A stretch of 63,465 nt of DNA, filler included, from Basidioascus undulatus (taxonomy: Eukaryota): assembly GCA_000826855.1 (NCBI GenBank). It is 12 parts of 12 records of this genome, joined end to end, with 100 filler letters (N's around TTAATTAATTAA, not from the genome) between each part and the next. Parts side by side here need not be neighbours in the genome. Positions count along the whole stretch, not along the records: positions 58,470 to 63,465 come from JTLS01002031.1; 11 more parts are not named here. The stretch is one strand, 5' to 3'. Positions 62,494 through 63,465 of this stretch are shown in pieces. Positions within the stretch are counted from its first letter, which is position 1. Every line of letters starts with the position of its first letter. The translations under genes and the position numbers were made by a program. Under the pieces are notes generated by a model. The model was given only the letters and a program-made list of their open reading frames with translations. It did not search any database and was not told where the DNA came from.

Positions 62494-63465
62494 ATGCGGC
62501 CCTCAGCCGTCTTGCCGAGCAAGGTCGCACCCTCTATCGCCCGCGCGCTTTCCACTTCCAGGCCGCTCGATTTCCGGCAGCGCGATGCCCCTAGGCGCGC
62601 CCCGGCGGATGCCCCGAGAGGCGCCTTCGCCGGGCATCTCAAAGTCGCGGAGTCGGTCGTCGACGCTGCGCTGGACGGCGATAGCTGGGCGTGGAAGCGC
62701 TCTCCGGACGCGCGCTATACGGCGCGGCGCGGCGTGAGCGGGCAGCGCTTCCCTGGCTTGAACCTGCCGCCGTCGCCGCGCCAGGCGAGGCGTGCCGGGA
62801 AGGTCGCTGAGAGCGAGCAGGACGAGGCGCCGCTGCTGCCTTGGGAGGAACCGTTTCAGGAGACGGAGCTGGAGCCGGGGCATTTCGTCGAGGCGCGAAG
62901 GTACGCTCTGCGGTTATTGGTTCGCATTGGTCTATGCGGTCGCTCATCCGGCGTGAGCTCTCAGAAACGAGACCGTCACCCATGGGCTTCTCATTCGGCT
63001 AGATGTAACGAACGGCAGACCGTCCGCCTGGCTCATCAACAATCTGGGCGACATCACCTTCGTCTCTGTCTCCGACGTCCTATTCTCCTTCCCTCTCGTA
63101 CCTCCCTCTCAAGTTCACGGCGATCTGCTGAAGGCTGTCGACGATCTGCGGCTCGCGCCCGACCTCAGCGTCAGCTTCGCGGCCTCGTCTGCCGACCTGT
63201 ACGACCCAGAGTCCGATCCGTATCTGCATACGAAGCTCGCGCAAGCGCAGCCGCTGCGGGCGCTCGGGATCGCGCGTGAGGACGCGCTCAGGCGAGTGAC
63301 CAAGCTCGCGGGCGAGAAGGGCTTGTACGAGCGCGTGCGGGCGCGCGACGAGCGAGAGTGGGGCGAGACGACCATCGGCGACGTCGCACGCTTTCTCACG
63401 GGCGAGGAGATGCCGGACGCGATGACCATGCTCGCCACGCTGGACTACCTCCTCGGGCACCCCGC
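62494..63465 (+). CDS. Probable mitochondrial RNase II-family exoribonuclease (DSS1/cyt-4-like), 5' part
   Basis: Mitochondrial presequence MRPSAVLPSKVAPSIARALSTSRP; LEPGHFVEARR/N KOW-like segment; RNB domain not reached in window. Confidence 0.5.

Overview
Intron-rich, high-GC fungal DNA, most likely a basidiomycete (gene content and GTGCGT/GTCCGT/GTGAGT donors with CTRAC/CTGAT branch points; Pucciniomycotina-like is inference). It is not one locus: 12 contigs of mostly about 5.0 kb are joined by artificial ~100-nt linkers (N-run, TTAATTAATTAA, N-run), so adjacency across gaps has no meaning. Recognisable genes: GET3/ArsA ATPase exons, RNA Pol III subunit RPC25 exons, SRP68, a 24-exon GH71 alpha-1,3-glucanase, ARP3 (5' part), a DUR3/DUR31-like solute:sodium symporter, YVH1 (3' part), mitochondrial uL3 (5' part), a BRCT+Myb (Rap1-like) gene, LST8, a Zn2Cys6 and a Fungal_trans transcription-factor gene, VMA13 (3' part), ARS2/SERRATE, a PQ-loop transporter, a probable DSS1/cyt-4 RNase, three tRNAs, and decaying F-box and P450 genes. 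Best candidate for a new system: the first ~228 codons of GET3 splice in frame, through a canonical 104-nt intron with no ATG, into the body of RPC25, implying a fused or nested alternatively spliced GET3/RPC25 locus. Second candidate: a spliced host transcript with two paralogous intronic box C/D-like RNAs showing bipartite complementarity to LSU rRNA. All exon models were read by eye and no database searches were run.
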